The notes under the pieces are model-generated. The model was not told the origin of the DNA. It saw only the letters and a program-made list of their open reading frames with translations, and ran no database searches. A stretch of 64,000 bases of DNA from Nageia nagi (Eukaryota; Plantae; Pinophyta), in NCBI GenBank assembly GCA_050084985.1, contig JBITNC010000002.1, positions 17,360,001-17,424,000 on the forward strand. Reading direction: 5' to 3'. The position numbers were made by a program, and so were the translations under genes. Below, piece after piece: positions 47,265 through 60,049 of this stretch; the stretch's first letter is position 1; every line of letters starts with the position of its first letter.

Positions 47265-48340
47265 TGTTGTGATGTTTTTCTTTCCTACCTTGCGAATAGG
47301 CAACTGAATGGCAAGGCTAGCAAAGAAACCAACACCTTAGGTGAGGAGACATTACTCTTCTTTGCTAGGAGGATTGGTTACGTCAAAGGTATCTCTCTCT
47401 TGGGTGGTCAGGAACAGGGCTCAGAGAGTGGCTGAGATGTTTGAAGCTATCACCATATTAAATAAAATTTATTTGTTAAGGACTCGGATTGTCTGGTATC
47501 TTGGGAAGGGCTCCTTCTCATCTACGACTACAATGTGGTTGCAAAAGTTGCCAAAAGAAAATAAAAGAAAAGAAAAATGGAAGGAAGATTGGAGATGGCT
47601 AGAGGCATATGAGTTCAGCCCTCTTACATCAAGCTCCACCACTGTGTATAGTATCTAAATGCCAAGTTCCTCCGGGTTGGTTATGAGTTACACGCATCCA
47701 CCTATCCTCTCACACTAGCCAACAACACGAATGATCTAAAGAAAGGAGCAAGCTTGTAAGGGAGTAATGGTGTTGGTTATGGCATGGATGGCACCTTCAA
47801 CATGTGGATGAAGTTCTCATGCTAAACATCATAGGGGAATACGCTTCAAAATTATACAAGTCTAATTGCATACCATGAGCAATCACTAATTATGCATTAC
47901 AGTTGACTGTTCAAAAGAATAATCAACTACTCTTTCGCCCACCTTCAAAGAGGTTCACAAAATGTTACAAGCGTCTAATTAAAACACACCAATGATAGCA
48001 TCACATGCCAAAGCTCATACTCACATAGAAATGGAGTTGTGCAATTTAATTTAAAAGATCATGCCACATTTACAATAGACAAGTACTTGATGGAAAGAAT
48101 TGCTTTACTCCTTTATTTGCAAATGTTCATCTTTTATAATCCAAAATTCCACCCCTTACAAATGAGCCCTCTAGAGCTACTTATAGTTTTTGCAAGAAAA
48201 CCCTAACCAAATGCAAATTCCAATTATATTTAACTAAAATAATCCTAATTAATAATGGTCCAATAAAAACACACCACATGGAGCTACAAGATCACGTACA
48301 ACACTTGTGGAAGCAAATCCTCATTCATCACAAGGCTTTA

Positions 48341-48371
<31 letters not shown>

Positions 48372-50149
48372 ATAAAATTTGGAATCCAAATTGACTAAAT
48401 TATGCATAAAAAAATTAAAGTTATTATCCAAGATGCATTGCCTTCAATCAACTGGTGTCCATGAGTCCATCTGCTCCTTTCACCTCTGCAACACTTGGCT
48501 TGGAACCTTCTACATTCACTTGTTGGGGATGTCCCTGTTCTTGAACTTGCCTAGTATGGTGTAGGTGTCTGGAGGGTCATAATGCTTGTCTTGGTCATGA
48601 CATGCACTCAAGATGTGACTTCATGGCTAGTGTAGATTTCCAAGAGGACAAGGGTGTGTCTTGGTTGGGACATGCACTTGGGAGCCGCACGTAGGTATAA
48701 TGGAGGTCGTTGTGAAGTTTGTCTCTTGTGGCTCTTGTGCCAAGGAAGAGGAATGTGAGCCCAATGCATGTGTTAAAAGGGTCACCCTTGTTGTCTTGCT
48801 TGGAGTTTGCATCCAAAAAAAGGAAGTGTAAGCCCAGCGCAAGGTTTGGGGAAGACAAGATGGGTGTCTTGGGTTGGATTTGCGCCAACAGGAGTGAAGG
48901 GAAGCCTATCACAAGTCTTATGGGGGTCAACAATCTTGTCTTGGTCTGGATTTGCGCCAAAGAGAGATAGCTAGGCCTGTTGCATATCTTTGGGGGGTCA
49001 AAACTCTTGACTTGTTCTAGACTTGTGCTAGGAATGAATATGCTCTTAACTTGTGATTTTCTCTCTTTTGGGGACCTCATGCTGATGGGGAACACTTTCG
49101 TAGGTTGGCACATGTATAGAAGATCAGGTTAGGGCATGCGTTTAGGTGAGGGTATGCGCCAAGGTTGAAGCCTTGAATCCTAGCGCAAGCTCCTTGAGGG
49201 TCAAGGTGGGTGTCTCGGTGAAGGTTGCATCCAAAAAGGGTGTGTTTCCCCTTGCGCAAGCCTTGATGAGGACAACATTGGTGTCTAGGTCCACACTTGT
49301 GCCATGATGATGAAGTATTGGCCCAATGCAAGTCCAAAGGGGTCATCATGTGTGTCTTGGCTTGCACCTGCACTTGGAGAAGTGCATCTAAGTTTGACGT
49401 AGGTCCCTTGGGAGTCATGAAGCTTGTCTCCACCCAGACTTGCGCCTAGGGAAGAAATACTCTATACATAGCCAACATTTGTCTTTGTTACTCGAAGTTG
49501 TCTTCTGAAGATCCTGGAGTGCTGGCGCAAACCTTGAGGGAGACGAGAAGGTTGTCTTGGGCCACACTTGTGCTTGGGGCTACGCATGAGTTGGGCGCAC
49601 ATCCTGGATGAGACAAGATGTTTGTCTCCTATCAAACTTGCACCGGGGTATAAGAGGGGTTTTCATGCCTAGTACTTAGTCAATTTACACCCTTGTCGTT
49701 TATATGAGTCTTTGGAAGGTTGGCGCAGGTCTTGGAGGAGTCAAAGTGGATGTCTTATCTTGCATCTGCGCCAGAAGGGGAAGAGACAAGCCTAGCACAA
49801 GTCTCCCTCCAGGCATGCGCCAAGGAAAACAATGTTCCATATTTAGTCAAATTTGGCCTTAGTTGCTTGAAATGATCATCTGGAGCTCTTAGAAGTCTAG
49901 CGCAAGTATTGGGAGAGACAATGAGGTTGTCTCCTTGAGTACATGCGCTTGAGGAGGACTTAGCCAAAATCTTGCTTTATTGCTACCAGAAATTCAATTT
50001 TGTTCATTTTCACCAATTCTGGTCTCCAACGCCTCTTGATCTCAAGACACCATCAACTTAGTCACTCCTCCTGTGTGACTCCTTATTGCCAAAATTTGTG
50101 GGTCCTCAAATTTGCTAAAAATTTGGGGCATGTTGTGGAGGCCACAACA
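47265..50149 (-). repeat. LTR (2885 bp) of element C
   Basis: Direct repeat of 54868-57716, with an expanded (TA)n at ~48341-48373. Confidence 0.93.
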
Positions 50150-51711
50150 ATAGCTAAAAAAAAAATTAGAAATAAAAATAGGATGCACAACGACATGCGT
50201 CATCCTTAGGGTGCGAGCCTTTGTCAACATGTCACAGTTGCATTGCTAGTTTCATTATAGTGAGTGAACTCTTTCTAGCCATTTGAATGATCATTGGGAC
50301 ACCTGAGTTATAGTCCAGGTTCAAGGACATTATGTTCATTCAAAGTATCTGTTCTAACTCTTTGGAGAAAAGGACGATTCATCCTTGAGCTCGATCACTT
50401 TTTGTCATCCAAGGTGTTTGTTCCATCTGTATTCCCTGGAGTGAAGGACAACTAGTCCTGGAGCTTGGTCGTTCTCATGATGAGTACCTATGGATAGGAT
50501 TTAATGTTCTTAATATTTTTTTTGTAGTAACACTAATCTACTCTGTACACTAAACTACCATACAAAAATTTCTTTTTTATTCCACGGTCAAAGACCTTGG
50601 TTTGATCTTCACCTAAATGAGTAGAATGCACATTTTCATCTCCATGTAACAGACCTCTAAGCTGAACGGGTGATTGTAGTAGAAGGCTTGAATATGCCCA
50701 TAAGAATGCACTGTGCACACATGGGGAACTAATCTTTGTGAAAATCCTTTGCATGAAATGATATGAGCCATTAACAAAAACGAGTAAAAGACTCTCATTA
50801 ATGGCCATCTCATAATGTAGGATGTCATCTGTTATGTACCCTGCAAGTATATTGATCTTGTCTGTAACAACCATCTGACCCTGACTCTCATCATTTACAA
50901 CCTCTTCGTCACTAAAAGATGGAAAGTATGAACACCTAGGCATAAGGATAGTAGGAATGTAAGGTCTGTACCTCCTGGGGTTCGACTCAGATTCTGTTAT
51001 CACCAATTCAAGTTCTTCCAACACATAGTTTGACTTCCTCTTCATTGCTTCATTATGGTCATTAAAGGTATCGCAAATTTCTACAACTTTTCGAACGTCT
51101 CCACATACCAGTCCTTGTGCATGAACCACAGAAGCATCATTGACATCTTGATATGGAGATTCTTGCCTCTTGTAAAATAAGGAGTCTTCGATATCATTGA
51201 ACATTGGACCAAGAAACTCATCCATGGTGGACTTCGGTTCTAATTAGACCTCATCTCAATTATGTAGCAATGATGCATAGACTTCAAGGAGGTCATCAAT
51301 GTTCGTTGCTTGCTCATCCTCTTGACGTGACCGGTCACATGTCTTACCAAACAAAGCCTCTTCAAGCTCTTTGAGTTCTGTTTCTGGACATATCTCAGTT
51401 GGAAGCTCCTATTCAGTTTCCATGGTGTCCTTGTCCATGAGTGACAACAAAAATTCATTAATTACAACATTCTGGTCTTTGACATCATCTTCATATCCTG
51501 GATCAAAGGGTTCATCTAATTTTGGTCCAAGGCATATGAAGTTATCTTCAAGGTAGGCGTGATTGGGTTTCCACTATAGACTTGATTCATGATCCGGTTT
51601 AACATTAATATTGTCCTCTTCTAGCATTGCCTTAATCGGTTGATCATTGGAGAAGAAATCCAAAAAGAAATCATCTACAAAGGTCTCTTGATGCAAAGAT
51701 TCCATGGAGCT

Positions 51712-51819
51712 ATGATCCACTTCAAAAGAATTATCATGTTATATGTTATGATCCACTTCGAAAGAATTATCATGTTATATGTTATGATCCACTTCGAAAG
51801 AATTATCATGTTATATGTT
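51712..51819. repeat. 36-bp tandem repeat x3
   Basis: atgatccacttc(a/g)aaagaattatcatgttatatgtt repeated three times. Confidence 0.95.
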
Positions 51820-53144
51820 TGACTGCTCCTCATCTTCTTCTTCATCTTGAACCATCCCGAAGCTAGGGTATTCATTCTCCTTGAGGATGTGTACCCATTC
51901 TTTACCTAGCACAAGGGAAACGTTACTAGGTACATCCACAACCCATATGTCTACAAAGTAATAATTAGGTGACCCTCTAGGACGCATGTGTACACTCAAG
52001 ATGTCACTTATTTGAAATTCACCATCAGTACCTATGCGAATCTCCTTGTCTAATGTTGTTGGAACCAACCCTACGCCTTTGCACACTTCATATGACATCA
52101 CATTAAGATATATTTTGGAGCTCACCATGCAATTGGTAAACTCTCGACCCTAAAGGCACACAAATGTCATAAATTCAGGTTCCTAGACTTCTTGAACAAT
52201 CCCCTCTTCTTCATAATTTGGATTGAGTGGTTCCTCTAGTTTTGGTGCAATGGGTGAGGAGTTGTTTTTGAGATTATCATCATCAAACTGTAAGTGTGAA
52301 TTGACCTCATTATCATGCTCTTCATTAATGTGGTTTCTCTCCAATCCTATCCGGTCTAGTTGATCATCAAAGAAACATTCAAAAGCAAGATCCGGGTTAA
52401 GGATACCTTCATGTATAGATTTTGTTGTTCCTTGATCTCCTTCGCAAGACAAATTACTAGCGTTCATGGAGTTTTCTTCCTCATCTACCTCTCCATTTTC
52501 GAATGACTCAATAAGTGAGGAATCACAGTCATCTACAAGGAATCTCCATTCCTTGCTAAACAAGATTGAGAGAGTATTTTTATGTCACATCAATCACCAG
52601 GATATCTAAGTAATATTGATCTTTTGATTTTGTGGTCTGTATGCAAATATTCTTCAATATCCTTACCACCTGCACTTCGCCCCGAGGAAATCTTATAGTA
52701 TTGTTGCAATATACTCCAGTAAGGCCAGCTTTATAGTATACTATGTATGGCATAAAGCTCCATTTATAACTAGGATTTACCTTGCAATCATGGAGAATTT
52801 TGCCTTCTGAGCATAACTCTATGGAAAACAAAGAGGATTGATATTTTTCTACCTCTTGGACCACCTCTTTCTTTGGACTCAACTCTTGTAGCATACAACA
52901 TTCAACATGATCATTTGCCTCTTTATATTGATTACCCTGAAATACTTGCTGAACTCAAATAGGCTGTGGAGAAAATGTATAGAAGCCACGTTGAGATCCT
53001 ATACTTAGTATTTGTTCTTTCTTCATCTCTTTTACATCATCGCTCAACTCTACCAAGGTGCTTTTTATCTGTCCCAATTCTATACTTTGTTTAAGTAGCT
53101 CCATAGCATTATTTAGTGTCCACAAGTGTTGTCACATTTCTCTT

Positions 53145-54372
53145 TGTGACATCCCCTTGTACTTTTGATGGGACCCATTGGGTCATCTTGTATTATATTC
53201 CTTTCATGTATTTGCATTCACTGTGTTGTAACTTAGGATAGGAGTTTAATGGGTCATGTGAATCCCACTGTGAGCCCCAAATGGGACGTCTCCCTCCTAA
53301 GAGGTAGATTAGGCATGCTTTGTATTGGAGATCCCGAGTTGTGGGAATCCTAAGGTAGATTTGTGCTCTATCATGTTAGATGGCCATCAGGATGCTAGCA
53401 CTAGTTTGGGGAGGGCCACACACCCCCACGTTGGCACTCTAAGTGTTAAGGGACCCCACATTGGTACTTAATGTGGCCATGACCCTCACGTTGGCATATT
53501 ACATGATTATGACCCCCATGTTGGCACCTTAAATGAATTGGGCCCCCTAAATACCCAACATTGGAATAGAATAGCTTGGGATGATTCCGAGGTAAGTTCC
53601 GAACATGAGAAAGATATAAATAGACACAGGAGGCTCATTACAAAACCACTTGATTATTATACACTTATACCAGACCTTCGAGCAACCAGTCTTAGCGGTG
53701 CTAAGCAACTCTTCCTAGGCGGGTCGTCTAGAGGGTAGGCAGGCGTTGGATCCCTGACTATCTACGACTTTGATGGGTCACCAAGCCCATTCCGGTGGCA
53801 TTCCGAGGATACACTTCTACCATTCAGTTGGTCGCCAGGTTTGGAGTAGGGCTCCTTCAATGGAGAAGAATCGAGGTCTGAGGGGGTGGATCTAATCTTG
53901 TGGTTCGACAAGTTGCAGTGAGGATTTGTCAATGGTTTTGCCCTAGTTGGCTCCTATGAGGCCAATGTCTAGCTCTTGGAGCAAGGTCTTGTATTGCTGC
54001 TCATTTCCTATCATAATACAAGCTGTTGGGCATTGGATCTCAGCTTTGTGTTATTAATTCTATTCTTGTGGCATCGTTGAGCATCTGGGTTTCATATTTG
54101 TACATGTGGCGTTGTTGTGGTGTTTGTTTATGTTGGTGTTCCAATGTAATCAATGTGGGTGTATGTAATTCATTAATTCATCATTGTGAGCAATTGTTGT
54201 GTGTCTAGTGTGATTGAAAGCCCTAGAAAGCTGACGTCATGCTTGTTGTATTGTTGTGTGCCCTAGAGGGCTAACGGTGTACGGTTTGCATTTTTAAGGG
54301 TGTTGGAAACCCTAGTTGGTGTGTTTGCTTATTGTTTACTAATTGGTTTGAGGTTCATTTTGGATCCTCACA
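53145..54372 (+). mobile_element. Solo LTR related to the element A family, nested in element C
   Basis: Runs TGTGACATCCC...CCTCACA with TSD CTCTT at 53140-53144 and 54373-54377. 53690-53885 aligns with the rc of 890-1080. Confidence 0.9.
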
Positions 54373-54867
54373 CTCTTGTATCATCCCAGGAAGTAGTAGA
54401 AGTGCTTGATGAGCTTGAAGTGTCGTCAAGATTTGGACAAGCCACTTGCATTGGTGTAACTTGATTGCTCATGTCATCCCATGTGTTGGATTGAGATTGA
54501 CACTTTGGTTGCGTTGGCCACGGTGAAAAATATTACAAACTATCTGGATTCAAGTAACCATTACAAACTATTTGAGGTTTTATATATCCAGGTGAAAAAT
54601 ATGGTTGACTTTGAAAGTTTCCCGACATGCCTCCTTGCCACCATGGTCCAGTGGCCATGATTATGCAATACAATGGTTAAAGAAACCATCATAGGATGTA
54701 TCTTCAGGACTTAGAATATGTGCTTCGAGTGTCCTAACAAGAAGGGCTTGGATCCCTTGTTTGATGTACTCCTTGGCTTAAAGGACCCAAGTAAGAAAAA
54801 AATGTAAAAGAGAAACAACTCTCAATGGATACCAAGACAACCATGCCTCCTTATAGCACCAATTTAG

Positions 54868-57716
54868 TGTTGGGACATTTTTCTTTCCTACCTTGTGAAT
54901 AGGCAACTGAATGGCAAGGCTAGCAAAGAAACCAACACCTTAGGTGAGGAGGGGTTACTCTCCTCCGCTATGAGGACTAGCTACCTCAAAGGTATCATCT
55001 CTTGGGTGGTCAAGAACAGAGCTTAGGGAGTGGCTGAGATGTTTGAAGCTGTCACCATATTAAATAAAATTTATTTGTCAAGGACTCAAATTATTTGGTA
55101 TCTTGGAAAGCGTTGCTTCTCACCTACGACTACAATGTGGTTGCAAAACTTGCCAAAAGAAAATAAAAACATAAGGAAGATTGGAGATGGCTAGAGTAAT
55201 ACGAGTTCAACCGTCTTACATCAAGCTCCACTGACAAGTATAGTGTCTGAACGCCAAGTTCCTTTGGGTTGGTTATGAGTTCCAGGCATCCACCTATCCT
55301 CTCACACTAGCCAACAACACGAATGGTCTAGAGAAAGGAGCAAGCTTGTAAGGGAGTAATGGTGTTGGTTATGGCATGGATGGCACCTTCAACATGTGGT
55401 TGAAGTTCTCATGCTAAACGTCATAGGGGAACGAACTTCAAAATTATACAAGTCTAATTGCATACCATGAGCAATCACTAATTATGCATTACATTTAACA
55501 CTTCAAAAGAATAATCAACCATTCTTTCACCCATCTTCAAAGAGGATTGCAAAATGTACCAAGCGTCTAAGTAAAACACACCAATGATAGCATCACATGC
55601 CAAAGCTCATACTTACATAGAAATGGAGTTGTGCAATTTAATTTAAAAGATCATGCCACATTTACAATAGACAAGTACTTGATGGAAAGAATTTCTCTAC
55701 TTTATTTGCAAATGTTCCATCTTTCATAATCCAAAATTCCACCCCTTACAAATGAGCCCTCTAGAGCTACTTATAGTTTTTGCAAGAAAACCCTAACCTA
55801 ATGCAAATTCCAATTATATTTAACTAAAATAACCCTAATTAATAATGGTCCAATAAAAACACGCCACATGGAGCTACAAGATCACGTACAACACTTGTGG
55901 GAGCAAATACTCATTCATCACAAGGCTTTAAAAATATATATATAAAATTTAGAATCCAAATTGACTAAATTATGCATAAAAAAATTAAAGATATTATCCA
56001 AGATGCACTGCCTTCAATCAATTGGTGTCCATGAGTCCATCTGCTCCTTTCACCTCTGCAGCACTTGGCTTGGAACCTTCACCATTCGCTTGTTGGGGTT
56101 GTCCCTGTTCTTGAACTTGCCTAGTATGGCGTAGGTGTTTGGAGGGTCATAATGCTTTTCTTGGTCATGACATGCACTCAAGATCTGACTTCATGGCTAG
56201 CGTAGATTTCCAAGAGGACAAGGGGTGTGTCATGGTTGAGACATACACCTGGGAGCCTCGCGCAGGTATAATGGAGGTTGTGAAGTTTGTCTCTTGTGGC
56301 TCTTGTGCCAAGGAAGAGGAATGTGAGCCCAATGCATGTGTTAAGAGGGTCACCCTTGTTGTCTTGCCTAGAGTTTGTGTCCAAAAAAAGGAAGTGCAAG
56401 CCCAGTGCAAGGTTTGGGGAAGACAAGATGGGTGTCTTGGGTTGGATCTGCGCCAACAGGAGTGAAGGCAAGCCTATCACAAGTCTTATGGGGGTCAACA
56501 ATCTTGTCTTGGTCTGGACTTGTGCCAAAGAGAGATAGCTAGGCCTGGTGCACATCTTTGGGGGGTCAAAACTCCTAACTTGTTCTAGACTTGCGTCAGG
56601 AATGAATATGCTCTTGTGATTTTCTCTCTTTCGGGGACCTCATGTTGATGGGGAACACTTTCGTACGCTGGTGCATGTATAGAAGATCAAGTTAGGGCAT
56701 GCATCTAGGTGAGGGTATGTGCCAAGGTTGAAGCCTTGAATCCTAGCGCAAGCTCCTTGAGGGTCAAGGTGGGTGTCTCGGTGAAGGCTGCATCCAAAAA
56801 GGATGAGTTTCCCCTTGTGCAAGCCTTGATGAGGACAACACTAGTGTCTAGGTCCACACTTGTGCCTTGATGATGAAGTATTGGCCCAATGCAAGTCCAT
56901 AAGAGGTCATTGTGTGTGTCTTGGCTTACACCTGCACTTGGAGAAGTGCATTTGAGCCTGGCGTAGGTCCCTTGGGAGCCATGAAGCTTGTCTCCACCCA
57001 GACTTACACCTAGGGAAGAAATGCTCTATACTTAGCCAACATTTGTGTTTGTTGCCCGAAATTGTCTTCTGGAGATCTTGGAGTGTTGGCGCAAGCCTTG
57101 AGGTAGACAAGAAGGTTGTCTTAGGCCACACCTGCACCAAGGGGATATGCATGAGTTGGGTGCACATCCTGGATGAGACAAGATGTTTGTCTCCTATCAA
57201 ATTTGCGCTGGGGTATAGGAGGGGTTTTCATGCCTGATACTTAGTCAATTTACACCCTTGTCGTTTATATGAGTCTTTGGAAGGCTGGCATAGGTCTTGG
57301 AGGAGTCAAAGTGGATGTCTTATCTTGCATCTGTGCCAAAAGGGGAAGAGACAAGCCTAGCGCAAGTCTCCCTCCAAGCATGCTCCAAGGCAAACATGTT
57401 CCATACTTAGTCAAATTTGGCCCTGGTTGTTTGAAATGGTCATTTGGAGCTCTTAGAAGTCTAGCACAAGTCTTGGGAGAGACAAGGAGGTTGTCTCCTT
57501 GAGGACATGCACTTGAGGAGGACTTAGCCAAAATCTTTCTCTATTGCTACCAGAAGTTCAATATTGTTCATTTTCACCAATTTTGGTCTCCAACACCTCT
57601 TGATCTCAAGACACCATCAGCTTGGTCACTTCTCTTGGGTGACTCCTAAATTTGCTAAAAAATTGTGGGTCCCCAAATTTGCTAAAAATTTGGGGCGTGT
57701 TGTGGAGGCCACAACA
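54868..57716 (-). repeat. LTR (2849 bp) of element C
   Basis: Direct repeat of 47265-50149, followed by the TSD TATAC. Confidence 0.93.
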
Positions 57717-57721
57717 TATAC

Positions 57722-58098
57722 CACCTTCAAATCCATTACTATCACCACCATGGCACCTTTTTTCAAGTGAAGATGATCATGATAGGGGCACTAGTGATGA
57801 TGATTCAATCAACAAGGTTAGAAACACTTTTATAGATAAGAAAATTATTAAAGATCTTCCACTACCTCAAATTCTTGATTCCAATTACTATAAGAGGCTA
57901 ACTAGAAGTCAAGCAAATGAGTTGGATGAAGTTATTAATATAATTAAGAGGTGTTTAAAACTAAGCACAAGAGGGATGGAAGTGTTGAAAAACACAAGGC
58001 TAGGCTAGTGGCAAAAGGTTTCACACAAAGAGAAGGCATTCATTATGAAGAGATCTTTGCACCTATGACTAGGATGGAGGCCATTCACATAAATTGAA
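57722..58098 (+). mobile_element. Ty1/copia relic, right part (start of RT)
   Basis: [33 protein letters not shown] at ~57985-58090. It continues the relic that element C interrupted. Confidence 0.82.
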
Positions 58099-60049
58099 TG
58101 TTGAACTATGTGTGACACTGAGAGGGGGGAGAGGGGGTGGTGAATCAATTTGAATTAAAACCTTAACCAACTATAAAAATCCAACAATCAACCACACTCA
58201 CAAAAGCATGCATCACATAACAAGAGATTTATAGTGGAAACCCGACGTGGGAAAAACCACTGTGCCAATGGATTGCTTGGGACGATCCAAATCCAATCCA
58301 AATTAAAATGAATGGACTTTTTCAAATTTTCACAGCACCCACTGCAAGGATGACACCAACCAACTAAATATTTTGCAGCACCCATTGCACGGAGCTCTGA
58401 ACCCGATTACCAAGCACCCACTCCGCAATATCTTAAAGCTGTAGCAAAAATGAATCCAATTCTTGAAGACTTTGAATGGTCTTGCTCAACTTCAATCTCT
58501 TCTCACACAGACTATCTCAATCCCACTACACTCCAACAATTTGAAAGTTGATTCTCTGCACACACAATAAAAACTTTTTCCACAAGCTCAACACAAAACC
58601 CTTAAAACAAAATTGCGAATTTGTACTACAAGATGTTTTTAGTTGTCAATAGCGTCTCCCTTGGGAGACATGACAAATTTATAGATCTTCAAATTCTGCA
58701 CGCTTTGAAAAAAGAACGAGCTCAAATGGAGTCACGGATCAAAAGTTATGGCCAAAATCATGAGACCCTTTTCATTATCTCTTTTTCACTTTTTGCTTGA
58801 GAAAAATTACTTTTTTTTTTTCTAAACTCCTTATAAAGATCTTTTCTCCTTTTTTTTAAAAAAAGTAACCGACTCTTGCACTTCTCTTAAAGAAAAATAA
58901 AACACCTTTATATTCTCTTTAAGAAACTCAATAAATTTGTTGACCATTTCTATTTACACATACACCTCCAAAATACCGTTATTTTGTTGTGCCACTTAAT
59001 TTTAATAAAGATGATTTTTCTACAAATATTTTAAATACACCAAACCATCATATCACGGCCAAAGTATGAATACCTTGCAGAAACTCATACCTCAGGACCT
59101 TAGGTTGAAATGGTTCAAAAAGCAAAGTTGCTCATTTTGATAAGATGATCATCAATAAATCATCAGATTTTGAAATTTACAACAAAACATGAAGTATTTT
59201 ACCATTTTACCGGTGTCCTACAAAATGGAAAAAAATGAGAAAATGTCTTTTTGCAATACACGCCATTTCTTCCTCAAATGTTTGTTTGATTTGAAATTTG
59301 AACTTTATGCATATCTTAGTACCAACTACCTCCAGTTAAAATTTTATGTTCTAACGCTTGACGGTTTGATTAATATTCCACTTTCAAAGTGGCCTCCGGC
59401 GCTAATTTTATGACTGTCCCAAAATGTGCAAAATTGTCCAACCGGGTACCAACAATGCAAATGATTGGTCCAAACACCGAGCTGACATTTCAAACACATG
59501 CTGACTTGTTTTCACACATGCTAACACGTTCCACATTGATCCATCCTGCCTAAACACACACCGAAGTGAAATTGGCCTGTTCCAACAAAATTGTCAAGAG
59601 GTCCAAAATGGTACTGAAATCCGTCTAACATTGAATCAACATTGCAACTTCACTTCCAATTGATAAATAAGGCTCGAAATGATATGTTGGGCTATCCAAC
59701 ACAGTCCATTGGCACATATGCGCAACATTTGTGCAATTTTTGCAACTTTTACAACTTTTGCATCTTTTGAAATTTTGCAAGAACATGCTGCAACAACTTT
59801 TCGGGAGCACCGAACATGTCCACACATGCACCAAACATCTCCAAATAAGCTCCAAACAACTTTTGCAATTTTTACAACTTTTTGACAACTTTTGCAGATT
59901 TGCACAAATTACTTGCACCAACTTTAACTAAGCATCAAACAGATCCTCAACATCATTGAACATCTCTATCCATGCTCCAAACATTGTATTAGAACACCAA
60001 CTGGGTCCCACTGAGTGTGTTGACAACAATGACAACATTTTGCTCAACA
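58099..60049 (-). repeat. 3' LTR (1951 bp) of the SIRE-like Copia
   Basis: Bounded by the PPT (rc aagggggagat). Contains repeated ttttgcaac/ttttacaac motifs at ~59725-59925. Confidence 0.85.

Larger units (their letters stand above)
47265..57716 (-). mobile_element. Long-LTR Ty3/gypsy element C (Tat/Athila-like, non-autonomous, degenerate)
   Basis: LTRs at 47265-50149 and 54868-57716 (TGTTG...CAACA; 4 mismatches in the first 60 nt). TSD TATAC at 47260-47264 and 57717-57721. Minus-strand protease-like ORF 51811-52128 (NVMSYEVC...DIWVVDVP...LVLGKEW). Weak PBS-like tggtgcta (rc 54854-54861). No RT and no clear PPT. Confidence 0.9.

Noticed and set aside
48595-49433. 172-aa and 118-aa ORFs (echoed at 56139-57531) as host genes
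   Set aside because: They lie within the LTRs of element C, their frames differ between the two LTR copies, and they show no recognisable domain.
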